From the NCBI GenBank assembly GCA_965228875.1, contig OZ245843.1, positions 538,616-602,615 on the forward strand: a DNA stretch of 64,000 nucleotides. Direction: 5' to 3'. Origin of the DNA: Thalassobaculaceae bacterium (GTDB taxonomy: Bacteria; Pseudomonadota; Alphaproteobacteria; Thalassobaculales; Thalassobaculaceae). This document shows, piece by piece, positions 36,263 through 46,798 of this stretch (its first letter is position 1; each line of letters starts with the position of its first letter). A program made the position numbers and the translations under genes. The notes beneath the pieces are model-generated. The model worked only from the letters and a program-made list of their open reading frames with translations, was not told the origin of the DNA and did no database searches.

Positions 36263-37045
36263 ATGATCAGAGTTGAAAACGTCACCAAGAACTTTGGTGG
36301 CATTCGCGCGGTCGACGGGGTCTCGCTCGAGATCGCGCAGGGATCGATTACCGGGCTGATCGGCCCGAACGGTGCCGGCAAGACCACACTGTTCAACATT
36401 ATCGCCGGTCACTTTCCGCCGTCGTCGGGGTCTATCCACCTCGACGGTGAGGACGTGACCGATTTGGAGCCGCACGAGCTGTTCCACAAGGGCCTGCTGC
36501 GCACCTTCCAGATCGCCCACGAGTTCTCCAGCCTGACCGTGCTGGAGAACCTGATGATGGTTCCGGGCGATCAGCCGGGCGAGAACCTGCGTCACTCCTG
36601 GTTCAATTTCCGCCGGGTGATGGAGGTCGAGGCCAAGGTCCGCGACCGGGCCCGCGAGGTGATCGAGTTTCTGGAGATCGAGCACGTCGCCGACGAACTG
36701 GCCGGCAACCTCTCCGGCGGTCAGAAGAAGCTTCTAGAGCTCGGGCGTACCATGATGGTGGACGCCAAGATCGTGTTCCTGGACGAGGTCGGCGCCGGCG
36801 TGAACCGCACGCTGCTTCAGACCATCGCGCGGTCGATCCGGCGCCTGAACGAGGAACGGGGCTACACCTTCTGTCTGATCGAGCACGACATGGATTTCAT
36901 CGCCCGGCTCTGCGATCCGGTGATCGTCATGGCCGAGGGCCGGCTGCTGACCCAGGGGACGGTCGACGCGGTGATGAACAACGAGGACGTCATCGAGGCC
37001 TATCTCGGCACCGGGCGTAAGCACAAACGGGTGTCAGAGGCATGA
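36263..37045 (+). CDS. Branched-chain amino-acid ABC transporter ATP-binding protein (LivG-like)
   Basis: Walker A is GPNGAGKTT and the signature is LSGGQKKLLELGR. The C-terminus has the LivG-type ending DVIEAYLG. Confidence 0.9.
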   Translation: MIRVENVTKNFGGIRAVDGVSLEIAQGSITGLIGPNGAGKTTLFNIIAGHFPPSSGSIHLDGEDVTDLEPHELFHKGLLRTFQIAHEFSSLTVLENLMMVPGDQPGENLRHSWFNFRRVMEVEAKVRDRAREVIEFLEIEHVADELAGNLSGGQKKLLELGRTMMVDAKIVFLDEVGAGVNRTLLQTIARSIRRLNEERGYTFCLIEHDMDFIARLCDPVIVMAEGRLLTQGTVDAVMNNEDVIEAYLGTGRKHKRVSEA

Positions 37046-37746
37046 GCTTCCTCTCTGCAACCGGCATGACCGGCGGATATGGCGGCGTCGATATCATCAC
37101 CGACTGCGATCTGAAGGTGGAACGCGGCGAGATCGCCGTGGTCGTCGGTCCCAACGGCGCCGGCAAGTCGACGGCGATGAAGGCGGTGTTCGGCATGCTG
37201 AACCTGCGCCAGGGCAGCGTGGTGTTCGACGGCGACGACATCACCGCGCTGGCGCCGCAGGAGCGGGTGCGCCATGGCATGGGATTCGTGCCGCAGAACC
37301 GCAACGTCTTCGTCTCGCTGAGCGTCGAGGAGAACCTGGAAATGGGCGCCTTCATCCGGGAGGACGACATCTCCGGAACCAAGGAGCAGGTGTTCGACCT
37401 GTTTCCGATCCTGGCGGAGAAGCGGTCCCAGCCGGCGGGAGAGCTGTCCGGGGGCCAGCGCCAGCAGGTGGCGGTCGGGCGGGCGCTGATGACCCAGCCG
37501 CGCCTGCTCATGCTGGACGAGCCGACCGCCGGCGTGTCGCCGATCGTCATGGACGAACTGTTCGACCGCATCGTCGAGATCGCCAAGACCGGCATCGCCA
37601 TCCTGATGGTCGAGCAGAACGCCCGTCAGGCTCTGGAGATCGCCGATCACGGTTTCGTCCTTGTCCAGGGCACAAACCGCTTCACCGATACCGGCGAGGC
37701 GCTGCTGGCGAACGACGAAGTCCGCCGATCGTTCCTGGGGGGCTGA
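37042..37746 (+). CDS. Branched-chain amino-acid ABC transporter ATP-binding protein (LivF-like)
   Basis: Walker A is GPNGAGKST and the signature is LSGGQRQQVAVGRAL. It overlaps the previous gene by 4 nt. Confidence 0.9.
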   Translation: MSFLSATGMTGGYGGVDIITDCDLKVERGEIAVVVGPNGAGKSTAMKAVFGMLNLRQGSVVFDGDDITALAPQERVRHGMGFVPQNRNVFVSLSVEENLEMGAFIREDDISGTKEQVFDLFPILAEKRSQPAGELSGGQRQQVAVGRALMTQPRLLMLDEPTAGVSPIVMDELFDRIVEIAKTGIAILMVEQNARQALEIADHGFVLVQGTNRFTDTGEALLANDEVRRSFLGG

Positions 37747-37749
37747 GGG

Positions 37750-38760
37750 ATGGACGTGCTCAACGCCTTCGCGCTGCTCGCGAATTTCGTCATCGTCCCG
37801 GCGACGGCCTATGGTGCTCAGCTCGCGCTGGGTGCGCTCGGGGTGACGATCATCTTCGGCATCCTGCGCTTCGCCAACTTCTCCCACGGCGAGCTGATGT
37901 CCTTCGGCGCCATGGTGACGATCCTGGTCACCTGGCTGCTGCAGATGAACGGGATCGGCATCGCGCCGCTGCCGACGGCGCTGCTGGCGCTGCCGGTCGG
38001 GATCCTCGCGACGGTCGCCATGGCGGCGCTGACCGACCGCTACGTCTTCCGGTTCTACAGGAAGAAGCGCGCCAACCCGATCGTCTTCGCCATCGTCTCG
38101 GTCGGCGTGATGTTCGTCATGGCCGGGCTGATCCGCATCATCATCGGCCCGGACGATCACAGCTTCGCCGACGGCGCGCGGTTTCTGATATCGGTGCGCG
38201 ATTTCAAGAACGCGACCGGCATGGAGCAGGGCATCGCGATCAAACAGACCCAGGTCGTCACCGTCGTGGTCGCCCTCATCGTCGTCGCCTACCTGTTCTG
38301 GTTCCTGCAGAAGACCCGGTCCGGCAAGGCCATGCGAGCGTATTCCGACGACGAGGATCTGGCCCTGCTGTCCGGCATCAACCCGGAGCGGGTGGTGCTG
38401 ATCGCGTGGATCATCGCCGGCTCGCTCGCCTGCATCGCGGGGACGCTGTATGGCCTCGACAAGACCTACAAGCCGTTCATCTTCCTCCAGATCCTCCTGC
38501 CGATCTTCGCCGCGACGATCCTCGGCGGCATCGGCCAGCCGGTCGGCGCCGTGCTCGGCGGCTTCATCGTCGCCTTCTCCGAGGTGACGGTGACCTACGC
38601 CTTCAAGCGGTTCCTGGCCTATCTCGGGCCGGAGGGGTGGGTTCCCGAGGGGCTCGTTCAGCTGCTGTCCACCGACTACAAGTTCGCGGTCTCCTTCGTC
38701 ATTCTGGTCGTCGTGCTGCTGGTCCGGCCGACCGGCATCATCCGGGGTAAAGTGATATGA
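37750..38760 (+). CDS. Branched-chain amino-acid ABC transporter permease (LivH-like)
   Basis: A polytopic 336-aa protein containing ...NFSHGELMSFGAM... and MRAYSDDEDLALLSGINP, both typical of LivH. Confidence 0.88.
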   Translation: MDVLNAFALLANFVIVPATAYGAQLALGALGVTIIFGILRFANFSHGELMSFGAMVTILVTWLLQMNGIGIAPLPTALLALPVGILATVAMAALTDRYVFRFYRKKRANPIVFAIVSVGVMFVMAGLIRIIIGPDDHSFADGARFLISVRDFKNATGMEQGIAIKQTQVVTVVVALIVVAYLFWFLQKTRSGKAMRAYSDDEDLALLSGINPERVVLIAWIIAGSLACIAGTLYGLDKTYKPFIFLQILLPIFAATILGGIGQPVGAVLGGFIVAFSEVTVTYAFKRFLAYLGPEGWVPEGLVQLLSTDYKFAVSFVILVVVLLVRPTGIIRGKVI

Positions 38761-40055
38761 CGAGGCGGGTGCTCCTGTACTACGGCCTGATGCTGCTGGT
38801 GCTGATCGCCGTCGGCTTCCTGCAGAGCTGGAACGTCGCCTTCGGCATCTTCAACCTGTGTCTGATCTCCGCCGTCATGGCGCTCGGCGTGAATATGCAG
38901 TGGGGCTATGCCGGGCTGTTCAATGTCGGGATCATGGGGTTCACCGCGCTTGGCGCCCTGACCGCGGTGCTGGTTTCGATGCCGCCGGTACAGCAGGCCT
39001 GGGCCGTGGCGGGCGGCGGTCTCGCCCTGTCGGCTCTCAGTCTGGCGGCGACCGTCGTGGCCGTGATCGTCGCGCGCCGCCTCGTCCCGCCGGTGCTGAA
39101 GATCCCGGTCACGGCGCTCGTGGTGGTCGGCGGCTACTTCCTGATCGGGCAGTTCTTCTTGCCGGCGACCGAGAAGATCGAGGCGATCGATCCGGCGCTC
39201 TCCGGCTATCTCGGCGGCATGGGCCTGCCGGTGCTGATCGCCTGGCCGCTCGGCGGACTGGTCGCGGCGGGGGCGGGCTGGCTGATCGGCAAGATCTCCC
39301 TCGGGTTGCGGGCCGACTACCTCGCCATCGCCACGCTCGGGATCTCCGAGATCATCATCGCCATCATCAAATACGAGGAATGGCTGTCGCGGGGCGTGAA
39401 GAACGTCACCGGCATCCCGCGTCCGGTCCCCTACGAGGTCGACCTGGTCGAGACGCAGTGGTTCATCGATCTGGCCGCCTCCCTCGGAGCGACGGACACC
39501 TCCGAGGCGGCGAGCCTGTTCGTCAAGTTCTGCTATGCGATCCTGTTTATGGCCGTGCTCGCCGTCGTCATGTGGCTGGCCGAGCGGGCGCTGAAGTCGC
39601 CCTGGGGCCGGATGATGCGGGCGATCCGTGACAACCGGGACGCCGCCGCGGCCATGGGCAAGGACGTCAAGGCGCGTCACCTGCAGGTCTTCGTTCTCGG
39701 TTGTGCCACCTGCGGCATCGCCGGCGCCATGCTGGCCACGTTGGACGGTCAGCTCACGCCCACCAGCTACATCCCGCTTCGGTTCACGTTCCTGATCTGG
39801 GTCATGGTGATCCTGGGTGGCTCCGGCAACAACTGGGGCGCGGTGCTGGGCGGCTTCGTGATCTGGTTCCTGTGGGTCGAGGCGGAACCGCTGGGCAACT
39901 GGTTCATGGCGACGATCACGGCGCCGCTACCGGAGGGCTCGGCGATCGCCGATCATCTGATGCTCGGGGCGGCCTATACCCGCTACCTGCTGATGGGGGC
40001 GATCCTGCTTCTGGTCATGCGGTTCGCGCCGAAGGGCCTCATTCCCGAGCGGTGA
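38757..40055 (+). CDS. Branched-chain amino-acid ABC transporter permease (LivM-like)
   Basis: A polytopic 432-aa protein containing WGYAGLFNVGIMGF and MRAIRDNRDAAAAMGKDV, both typical of LivM. It overlaps livH-like by 4 nt. Confidence 0.88.
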   Translation: MTRRVLLYYGLMLLVLIAVGFLQSWNVAFGIFNLCLISAVMALGVNMQWGYAGLFNVGIMGFTALGALTAVLVSMPPVQQAWAVAGGGLALSALSLAATVVAVIVARRLVPPVLKIPVTALVVVGGYFLIGQFFLPATEKIEAIDPALSGYLGGMGLPVLIAWPLGGLVAAGAGWLIGKISLGLRADYLAIATLGISEIIIAIIKYEEWLSRGVKNVTGIPRPVPYEVDLVETQWFIDLAASLGATDTSEAASLFVKFCYAILFMAVLAVVMWLAERALKSPWGRMMRAIRDNRDAAAAMGKDVKARHLQVFVLGCATCGIAGAMLATLDGQLTPTSYIPLRFTFLIWVMVILGGSGNNWGAVLGGFVIWFLWVEAEPLGNWFMATITAPLPEGSAIADHLMLGAAYTRYLLMGAILLLVMRFAPKGLIPER

Positions 40056-40695
40056 GAGGGAGGCTGTCGACCGGCTGGTTCAGGGTCCGCGCGACGATGT
40101 AGCGGATCCACCGTCGGGTCTGCGGGTCGTCCGGGTCCCGAGCCGAGCCGCCGCCGAGACTGCCGATCAGCCAGTCGCCGTGCAGGGCGTCCAGGAACAG
40201 CCGCGCCGCGAGCTCCGGGTCGTCGATATCGGCCTGGCCGCGATCCCGGACTCCGGCGAGGTAGCGCGCGAGGCGGGCCTGCAGGCGGCACGGACCGTTG
40301 CCGAGGAATGCGTCGACCACCTGAGGGAAGCGGTGGCCCTCTGTCAGGAAGTCACCGAAGATCCGTTTCGCCTCCGCCGTCCAGATCTGGGAGACGAGAT
40401 CGCGGGCGAGAGCGGTGAGCGTGGCCGCGGGATCCTCGCTGCCGTCCAGCACCGTCATCATCCGCTGGGCGAAAGCGGCACAGTTCTCTCCGACCGCCGT
40501 CTCGATCAGCCCGTCCTTGTCGCCGAAGGCGGAATAGATCGTGGCCCGCGAACCTCCGGCGCGGGCGATGATCTCGTCCACGGTGGTGGCTTCTATGCCG
40601 CGTTCCCTGAACAGCTCCCAGGCGGCGTCGAGCAGGGCCCGCCGCCGGGCTTCGCCGCGCGACAGGGCCGTGCCACCATCGTCTTCGCCGGTCAT
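40039..40695 (-). CDS. TetR/AcrR-family transcriptional regulator
   Basis: The TetR HTH is RRRALLDAAWELFRERGIEATTVDEIIARAGGSRATIYSAFGDKDGL. The gene is divergent from the RND efflux genes. Confidence 0.9.
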   Translation of the reverse strand: MTGEDDGGTALSRGEARRRALLDAAWELFRERGIEATTVDEIIARAGGSRATIYSAFGDKDGLIETAVGENCAAFAQRMMTVLDGSEDPAATLTALARDLVSQIWTAEAKRIFGDFLTEGHRFPQVVDAFLGNGPCRLQARLARYLAGVRDRGQADIDDPELAARLFLDALHGDWLIGSLGGGSARDPDDPQTRRWIRYIVARTLNQPVDSLPLTARE

Positions 40696-40761
40696 GGCGC
40701 TGTCGGTCCTCCCGTCAGAGATGTTTTTTGGCGCACGTCGATCTTGTTGTGCGGCGCAATA

Positions 40762-40777
40762 TGTACTACCTAGTACA
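40762..40777. promoter_or_regulatory. 16-bp palindrome TGTACTA-CC-TAGTACA (candidate TetR operator)
   Basis: The 7-bp arms are perfect and extend to 10 bp with one mismatch. The palindrome lies in the 177-bp TetR/efflux divergent intergenic region. Confidence 0.6.
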
Positions 40778-40872
40778 CATCGTATCCGCCTCGCAATCCC
40801 GCACGACTGTTCCGACCGGCCACGCGACCGGCATTCCGGCGCGGGCCTGCCTCATGCATAAGGACTGACGAC

Positions 40873-42063
40873 GTGTCGAAGGTTTTCCTGACCCGTTTCC
40901 TCGCGGCCGCCCTGGCCATGTTCGCCCTGGTGGCCTGCGAGCAGGAGCAGGCCGCGGCTCCGGCGGCACGGCCGCCGGCGCAGGTCGGTTTCAAGACGGT
41001 CTCGGCGCAGCCGGTCGACCTGACGGCGCGCCTGCCGGGGCGCGTCGTCGCCTACCGGATGGCGGAGGTCCGCCCCCAGGTCGCCGGCATCGTTACCCGC
41101 CGGCTGTTCGAGGAGGGGTCGACGGTCGAGGCGGGTCAGCCGCTCTACCAGATCGACGCGGCGGTCTACGAGGCCGAGGTCAAGATGGCGGAGGCCGAGC
41201 TTGCCCGGGCGACGGCGACCCTGAATTCCACGCGCACCAAGCTCCGGCGCTACGAGAGCCTGGTGAAGACCAACGCCGTCAGCCGCCAGGCGTACGACGA
41301 CGTGGTCGCCGAGGAGCAGGAAAACCGCGCCGGCGTGGCCGCCGCCAAGGCGTCCCTGGACGCGGCCAAGATCGATCTCGGCCATACCCAGGTCCTGGCC
41401 CCGATCGCCGGCCAGATCGGCCGGTCCTCCATCACCGAGGGCGCGCTGGTCACCGCCAACCAGGCGGCGGCGCTGGCGACGATCACCCAGCTCGATCCGA
41501 TCAATGTCGACTTCACCCAGTCCAGCGCCTCGCTTCTGCGGCTGCGGCAGATGTTCCGAACCGGCGAGCGGGCGCAGGGAAGCGGGGAGGCGCTGCCGGT
41601 CACGCTGATCCTCGACGCCATCGACATCGAGTACGGCCATCCCGGAGTCCTGCAGTTCTCCGAGGTGACGGTCGAGGAGACGACGGGATCGGTCCGTCTG
41701 CGCGCGGTGTTCCCCAACCCCGACCGCGAGTTGCTGCCTGGCATGTTCGTGCACGGCATCGTCAACCAGGGGGTGGTCGAACGCGGCTATCTCATCCCGC
41801 AGGCGGCGGTCAGCTTCACCCGCATGGGCGATCCCTATGTGTATGTCATCGGCGAGGACGAAACGGTGACCCAGGCCCAGGTGCACATCGTCGACGCGGC
41901 GGGAACCGACTGGCTGGTCGACCGCGGCCTCAGCGACGGTACCCGGGTGGTGGTCGACGGGCTGCAGCGGATTCGGCCGGGCGCCAAGGTGACCCCGGTC
42001 GAGGTGCCGGCGCCGGCCGCCACGGCGTCCGGCAAGGCGCAGAAACTCAGCGCCCTGAACTGA
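40873..42063 (+). CDS. RND efflux periplasmic adaptor (membrane fusion protein, AcrA/MexA-like lipoprotein)
   Basis: GTG start. The lipobox is LAMFALVAC. HlyD/MFP blocks are [15 protein letters not shown] and [15 protein letters not shown]. Confidence 0.9.
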   Translation: MSKVFLTRFLAAALAMFALVACEQEQAAAPAARPPAQVGFKTVSAQPVDLTARLPGRVVAYRMAEVRPQVAGIVTRRLFEEGSTVEAGQPLYQIDAAVYEAEVKMAEAELARATATLNSTRTKLRRYESLVKTNAVSRQAYDDVVAEEQENRAGVAAAKASLDAAKIDLGHTQVLAPIAGQIGRSSITEGALVTANQAAALATITQLDPINVDFTQSSASLLRLRQMFRTGERAQGSGEALPVTLILDAIDIEYGHPGVLQFSEVTVEETTGSVRLRAVFPNPDRELLPGMFVHGIVNQGVVERGYLIPQAAVSFTRMGDPYVYVIGEDETVTQAQVHIVDAAGTDWLVDRGLSDGTRVVVDGLQRIRPGAKVTPVEVPAPAATASGKAQKLSALN

Positions 42064-42073
42064 AGGACCGGTC

Positions 42074-45000
42074 ATGGCCAGCTTTTTCATCGATCGCCCG
42101 GTCTTCGCCTGGGTCATCGCCATCGTCATCATGCTTGCCGGCGGCCTTTCGATCGCGCAGCTGCCGGTCGAGCAGTATCCGTCGGTTGCGCCGCCCTCGG
42201 TGCAGATCACCGCAACCTATCCCGGCGCCTCGGCACAGACCCTGGAGAACACCGTCACCCAGGTGATCGAGCAGCAGATGACGGGGCTCGATCATCTTCG
42301 ATACATCTCGGCCAACAGCGACAGCAGCGGCGTCGCGGTCATCACCCTGACCTTCGATCCTGAGGCCGATCCGGACATCGCCCAGGTTCAGACCCAGAAC
42401 AAGCTGCAGCTCGCAACGCCGCTCCTGCCCGAAGCCGTCGTCAATCAGGGCATCGAGGTGGCGAAGAGCAGTGGCAGCTTCCTGATGGTGCTCGGCTTCG
42501 TGTCGGACACCGACATGCCGCAGACCGATATCGCCGACTTCGTCGCCGACAGCATCCGCGACCCGATCAGCCGGGTGAACGGCGTCGGTTCGGTTCGGCT
42601 GTTCGGTTCGCAGCATGCCATGCGGATCTGGCTCGATCCGGACAAGCTCCAGAGCTTCCGCATCACGACGTCCGAGGTGCGCGCCGCCATCGTCGCCCAG
42701 AATGCGGAGATCTCCGCCGGTCAGATCGGCGGCGCACCGGCGGTGCCGGGCCAGCAGATCAACGCGACGCTGATCGCCCAGACCCGTCTGGAGACACCGG
42801 AGGCGTTCGGCAACATCCTGGTGCGGGTGAATACCGACGGTTCCCAGGTCCGGCTGAAGGATCTGGCGCGGATCGAGATCGGGGCCGCGTCCTACGACAC
42901 GGTGGCGCGCTACAACGGGCGTCCGGCCGCCGGCGTCGGCATCAACCTCGCCTCCGGCGCCAACGCGCTGGATACCGCGGAGGCGGTGCGGGCCAAGATC
43001 ACGGAGCTTCAGCCGTTCTTCCCGGCCGGCCTCGAGGTGGTCTACCCCTACGACACCACGCCCTTCGTCGAGATCTCGATCACCGAGGTGGTGCACACGC
43101 TGTTCGAGGCGATCGCGCTGGTCTTCGTCGTGATGTTCCTGTTCCTGCAGAACCTTCGCGCGACGTTGATCCCGACCATCGCCGTCCCGGTCATCCTGCT
43201 CGGCACCTTCGGGGTGCTCGCGGCGTTCGGCTTCTCGATCAACACGCTGACCATGTTCGGCATGGTGCTGGCCATCGGCCTGCTGGTGGACGATGCCATC
43301 GTGGTCGTCGAGAACGTCGAGCGCGTGATGCACGAGGAGGGCCTGGGCCCGCGCGAGGCGACGCGCAAGTCGATGTCGCAGATCACCGGCGCCCTGGTCG
43401 GCATCGCCATGGTCCTGTCGGCCGTGTTCGTGCCGATGGCGTTCTTCGGCGGCTCGACCGGTGCGATCTACCGCCAGTTCTCGATCACCATCGTGTCGTC
43501 GATGGTGCTGTCGGTGATCGTCGCCATCGTCCTGACCCCGGCGCTCTGCGCCTCGATGCTGCGCGCCAAGGACGGCCACGCCAGCACCAAGGGGCCGTTC
43601 GGCTGGTTCAATCGGGGCTTCGACTGGACCAACCGCTTCTACCAGGGCAGCGTCGGCCATGTGGTCGGGCGCAAGTGGCGCTACGGGTTGGTCTACCTGC
43701 TGATCGTCGGCGGGCTCGGCCTGCTGTTCCTGCGCCTTCCGACGTCGTTCATCCCGAACGAGGACCAGGGCATCATGTTCGCCCAGGTGTCGCTGCCGGA
43801 CAATGCCAGCCAGGAGCGAACCCTGGACGTGCTGCGCAAGGTGGAGCATCACTTCCTGGAAACTGAGAAGGAGACGGTCAACGGTCTGTTCACTGTCGCT
43901 GGATTCAGTTTCAGCGGCCGCGGCCAGAACGCCGGCATCGCCTTCGTCAACCTGAAGCACTGGGACGAGCGTCAGGATCCCCAGAGCAGCGTGTTCGCCA
44001 TCGCCGGCCGGGCCATGGGCGCCTTCTCCCAGATCCGGGAGGCACAGATCTTCGCGTTCACGCCGCCCTCCATCATCGAACTCGGCAACGCGAGCGGGTT
44101 CGACTTCCAACTCGTCGACCGCAGTGGCGTCGGCCATGACGTCCTGATGCAGGCGCGCGGCCAGATGCTCGGCATGGCGTCGCAGGACCCGAGGCTCGTC
44201 GGGGTGCGGCCGAACGGTTATCCGGACACGCCGCAGTTCCGCGTCACGGTCGACCACGAGAAGGCCAGTGCGCTGGGTCTGTCGGTCTCCGACATCAACG
44301 CCACCCTGTCGACCGCCTGGGGCGCCTCCTACGTCAACGACTTCATGGAGAACGGCAAGGTCAAGAAGGTCTACCTGCAGGCTGACGCCCCGTTCCGCAT
44401 GATGCCGCAGGATCTGGACCGCTGGTACGTGCGCAACGCCTTCGACGAGATGGTGCCGTTCTCCGCCTTCGCCACGTCCGAGTGGACCTACGGCTCGCCG
44501 CGGCTGGAACGGTTCAACGGCACCTCGTCGGTGCAGATCCTCGGTCAGCCGGCTCCGGGCGTAAGTTCCGGCGTGGCCATGCAGGCGATGATGGAACTCG
44601 CCGACAACCTGCCGGACGGGATCGGGTACGAATGGTCGGGACTGTCGTACGAGGAGCGGTTGTCCGGCGACCAGGCGCCGATGCTGTACGCGCTGTCGAT
44701 CCTCGTGGTGTTCCTGTGCCTGGCGGCGCTGTACGAGAGCTGGAGCATTCCGGTCTCGGTCATGATGGTGGTACCGCTCGGCGTGTTCGGCGCTGTGGCT
44801 GCCGCCTACCTGAGGGTGCTTCCGAACGACGTGTATTTCCAGGTCGGCCTGCTGACCACGGTCGGGCTGTCGGCCAAGAACGCCATCCTCATCGTCGAGT
44901 TCGCCCGCGAGCTCTACGACGAGGGCATGGGGCTGCTCGAGGCGACGGTCGAGGCGGCGCGTCAGCGCTTCCGTCCGATCGTCATGACGTCGATGGCGTT

Positions 45001-45208
45001 CACCCTTGGCGTGCTGCCCTTGGCGATCAGCACCGGCGCCGGCGCGGCCAGCCGTCAGGCCATCGGTACAAGCGTCATGGGCGGGATGATCTCCGCCACG
45101 GTGCTGGCGATCTTCTTCGTGCCCCTGTTCTTCGTCCTGGTGATGCAACTCTTCTCCAGGCGCAGGACGGCGACCGCGGAGACGCGGGAAGCGACCCCCG
45201 CCGAGTAG
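42074..45208 (+). CDS. RND multidrug efflux permease (AcrB/MexB-like, HAE1 family)
   Basis: The translation begins [41 protein letters not shown] and the protein is 1044 aa with 12 TM segments. Confidence 0.95.
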   Translation: MASFFIDRPVFAWVIAIVIMLAGGLSIAQLPVEQYPSVAPPSVQITATYPGASAQTLENTVTQVIEQQMTGLDHLRYISANSDSSGVAVITLTFDPEADPDIAQVQTQNKLQLATPLLPEAVVNQGIEVAKSSGSFLMVLGFVSDTDMPQTDIADFVADSIRDPISRVNGVGSVRLFGSQHAMRIWLDPDKLQSFRITTSEVRAAIVAQNAEISAGQIGGAPAVPGQQINATLIAQTRLETPEAFGNILVRVNTDGSQVRLKDLARIEIGAASYDTVARYNGRPAAGVGINLASGANALDTAEAVRAKITELQPFFPAGLEVVYPYDTTPFVEISITEVVHTLFEAIALVFVVMFLFLQNLRATLIPTIAVPVILLGTFGVLAAFGFSINTLTMFGMVLAIGLLVDDAIVVVENVERVMHEEGLGPREATRKSMSQITGALVGIAMVLSAVFVPMAFFGGSTGAIYRQFSITIVSSMVLSVIVAIVLTPALCASMLRAKDGHASTKGPFGWFNRGFDWTNRFYQGSVGHVVGRKWRYGLVYLLIVGGLGLLFLRLPTSFIPNEDQGIMFAQVSLPDNASQERTLDVLRKVEHHFLETEKETVNGLFTVAGFSFSGRGQNAGIAFVNLKHWDERQDPQSSVFAIAGRAMGAFSQIREAQIFAFTPPSIIELGNASGFDFQLVDRSGVGHDVLMQARGQMLGMASQDPRLVGVRPNGYPDTPQFRVTVDHEKASALGLSVSDINATLSTAWGASYVNDFMENGKVKKVYLQADAPFRMMPQDLDRWYVRNAFDEMVPFSAFATSEWTYGSPRLERFNGTSSVQILGQPAPGVSSGVAMQAMMELADNLPDGIGYEWSGLSYEERLSGDQAPMLYALSILVVFLCLAALYESWSIPVSVMMVVPLGVFGAVAAAYLRVLPNDVYFQVGLLTTVGLSAKNAILIVEFARELYDEGMGLLEATVEAARQRFRPIVMTSMAFTLGVLPLAISTGAGAASRQAIGTSVMGGMISATVLAIFFVPLFFVLVMQLFSRRRTATAETREATPAE

Positions 45209-45227
45209 CCGGTCGACGCGGACGTGC

Positions 45228-45254
45228 GATGGGGGCGGTCGATCCGCCCCCATC
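45228..45254 (+). terminator. Perfect 11-bp hairpin after the RND gene
   Basis: GATGGGGGCGG-TCGAT-CCGCCCCCATC begins 20 nt after the stop codon. The downstream T-tract is weak (GGGTTG). Confidence 0.55.
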
Positions 45255-45366
45255 GGGTTGCAGGCCACCAGTCATTTCCAACCGTCGTATTAACCACTTC
45301 TAAATGACGTGCCGCGCATGGTGCTTCGGGTATCGGCTTGAGCGGATCCTCCCGGGGGAGCAGCGG

Positions 45367-46692
45367 ATGAGTGCATCGGAAATGACGGAAACCCATTCGG
45401 CGGAAGCCCTGATCGACGCCATGCTGTCCGGCAACGAGGACCTCGTGGTGCGGGAAGGCGGCGAGATCGGCCGAAAGCTGATGCGGCTCAAGAGCGGCAT
45501 CGACGGCGAGGAACAGCTCGAGAGCTGGATCGAGATGTCGCTGACCGCCAACAGCAGTGTCCGCCAAGTCGCCGAGATGATGACCTCGCTGCGGGAGGTC
45601 GACAACCGTTCCCAGTCGATCGCCGCCGCCGTGGAGGAACTGTCGGCCACGGTGCAGACGATCAACCAGACCACCGAGGCGGTGTCGTCCGAGGCCCAGG
45701 AGGCGGCACAGGTGTCCGACACCGGCCGGTCGGCCGCGACCCAGGCCGTCGAGGCGATGGAAGCGGTGTTCCAGGTTGTCCAGTCCGCCGTCCAGAAGGT
45801 GGATGCGCTGGCCGAGGCGTCGGTGAAGATCGGCGATATCGTGTCGACGATCGAGACGATCGCCAAGCAGACGAACCTGCTCGCCCTGAACGCGACGATC
45901 GAGGCGGCGCGGGCCGGCGAGGCGGGCAAGGGTTTCGCGGTGGTCGCCAGCGAGGTGAAGACGCTGGCGAACCAGACGGCGTCCGCGACGGTCGACATCC
46001 GCGAACGGATCTCCGCGATCCGCCGCGACATGGAGGAGATCGTCGAGGTCATGCGTTCCGGGGCGGAGAGAGTCGAGGACGGGCGCGGCACGATCCAGAC
46101 CGTCGGCTCCGAGATGGAAAGCCTGGCCGACCGGATCGGATCGGTGACGCGCAGCATGGGCGAGGTCGCGCAGGTGCTCGGCGAGCAGCAGTCGGCGACC
46201 GTGGAGATCTCCGAGGGCGTGAGCGTCATCGCCGATATGAGCGCGCGCAACGTCTACATGATCGACGCGACGATCGAGACGCTGGAAAAGACCGGCCCGA
46301 CCATCGGCCGGGCGGTCGACGGGTTCGTCAAGGCCGGGGTGCCGAACGCGACGATTCACGCCGCCAAGTCGGATCACATGATCTGGATGCGCCGGCTGGC
46401 GCAGATGCTGGTCGGCCGCGAGGTGCTGCGCCCGGACGAATTGGCGGATCATCACAGCTGCCGGCTCGGCAAGTGGTACGATTCCCAGAAGGATCCGCGT
46501 CTGACTGGCCATCCCGCCTGGACGGCGATGATGGACCCGCATCAGAAGGTGCATCGCGCCGGCATCGAGGCGGCGCGGGCCTTCGCCGCCGGGGACCTGG
46601 ACAAGGCGACCCGGCTGGTCGACGAGGCCGGCGAGGCGTCGAAGGACGTCATGCGGCTGCTGAACGACCTGACCGCTCACATGAAGAATTAG
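45367..46692 (+). CDS. Cytoplasmic methyl-accepting chemotaxis protein with C-terminal CZB (chemoreceptor zinc-binding) domain
   Basis: No hydrophobic segment is present. The MCP hairpin tip is [37 protein letters not shown]. The CZB motif is HMIW-x24-CRLGKW-x21-HQKVH. I prefer the ATG at 45367 over the start at 45304. Confidence 0.88.
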   Translation: MSASEMTETHSAEALIDAMLSGNEDLVVREGGEIGRKLMRLKSGIDGEEQLESWIEMSLTANSSVRQVAEMMTSLREVDNRSQSIAAAVEELSATVQTINQTTEAVSSEAQEAAQVSDTGRSAATQAVEAMEAVFQVVQSAVQKVDALAEASVKIGDIVSTIETIAKQTNLLALNATIEAARAGEAGKGFAVVASEVKTLANQTASATVDIRERISAIRRDMEEIVEVMRSGAERVEDGRGTIQTVGSEMESLADRIGSVTRSMGEVAQVLGEQQSATVEISEGVSVIADMSARNVYMIDATIETLEKTGPTIGRAVDGFVKAGVPNATIHAAKSDHMIWMRRLAQMLVGREVLRPDELADHHSCRLGKWYDSQKDPRLTGHPAWTAMMDPHQKVHRAGIEAARAFAAGDLDKATRLVDEAGEASKDVMRLLNDLTAHMKN

Positions 46693-46720
46693 CCGCTCTC
46701 GGCGCCCGAGCCCGAATCGA

Positions 46721-46757
46721 AACGGCCGCCCGCTCGCTACCGAGCCGGGCGGCCGTT
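46721..46757. terminator. 12-bp-stem hairpin between convergent genes (bidirectional terminator candidate)
   Basis: AACGGCCGCCCG-(13-nt loop)-CGGGCGGCCGTT lies between the MCP stop (46692) and the Mo-enzyme large-subunit stop (46799). Confidence 0.5.
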
Positions 46758-46798
46758 CCATGGTCAATTCGTGGCCGGGACGTTGCCCCGACCGGCGG

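Noticed and set aside
40039-40055. A 17-bp overlap of the convergent 3' ends of the LivM-like and TetR genes.
   Set aside because: Short convergent overlaps are common in compact genomes. There is no structural or sequence feature beyond the overlap itself.
40873-45208. The RND adaptor and pump pair has no adjacent outer-membrane factor gene.
   Set aside because: This is a common arrangement, and a TolC-like channel is usually encoded elsewhere, so it is not evidence of novelty.
42047-45268. A 1073-aa ORF antisense to the RND permease.
   Set aside because: This is the same shadow-ORF signature (Arg/Asp/His/Gly-rich, no domains). The sense strand encodes a full-length AcrB-like protein.
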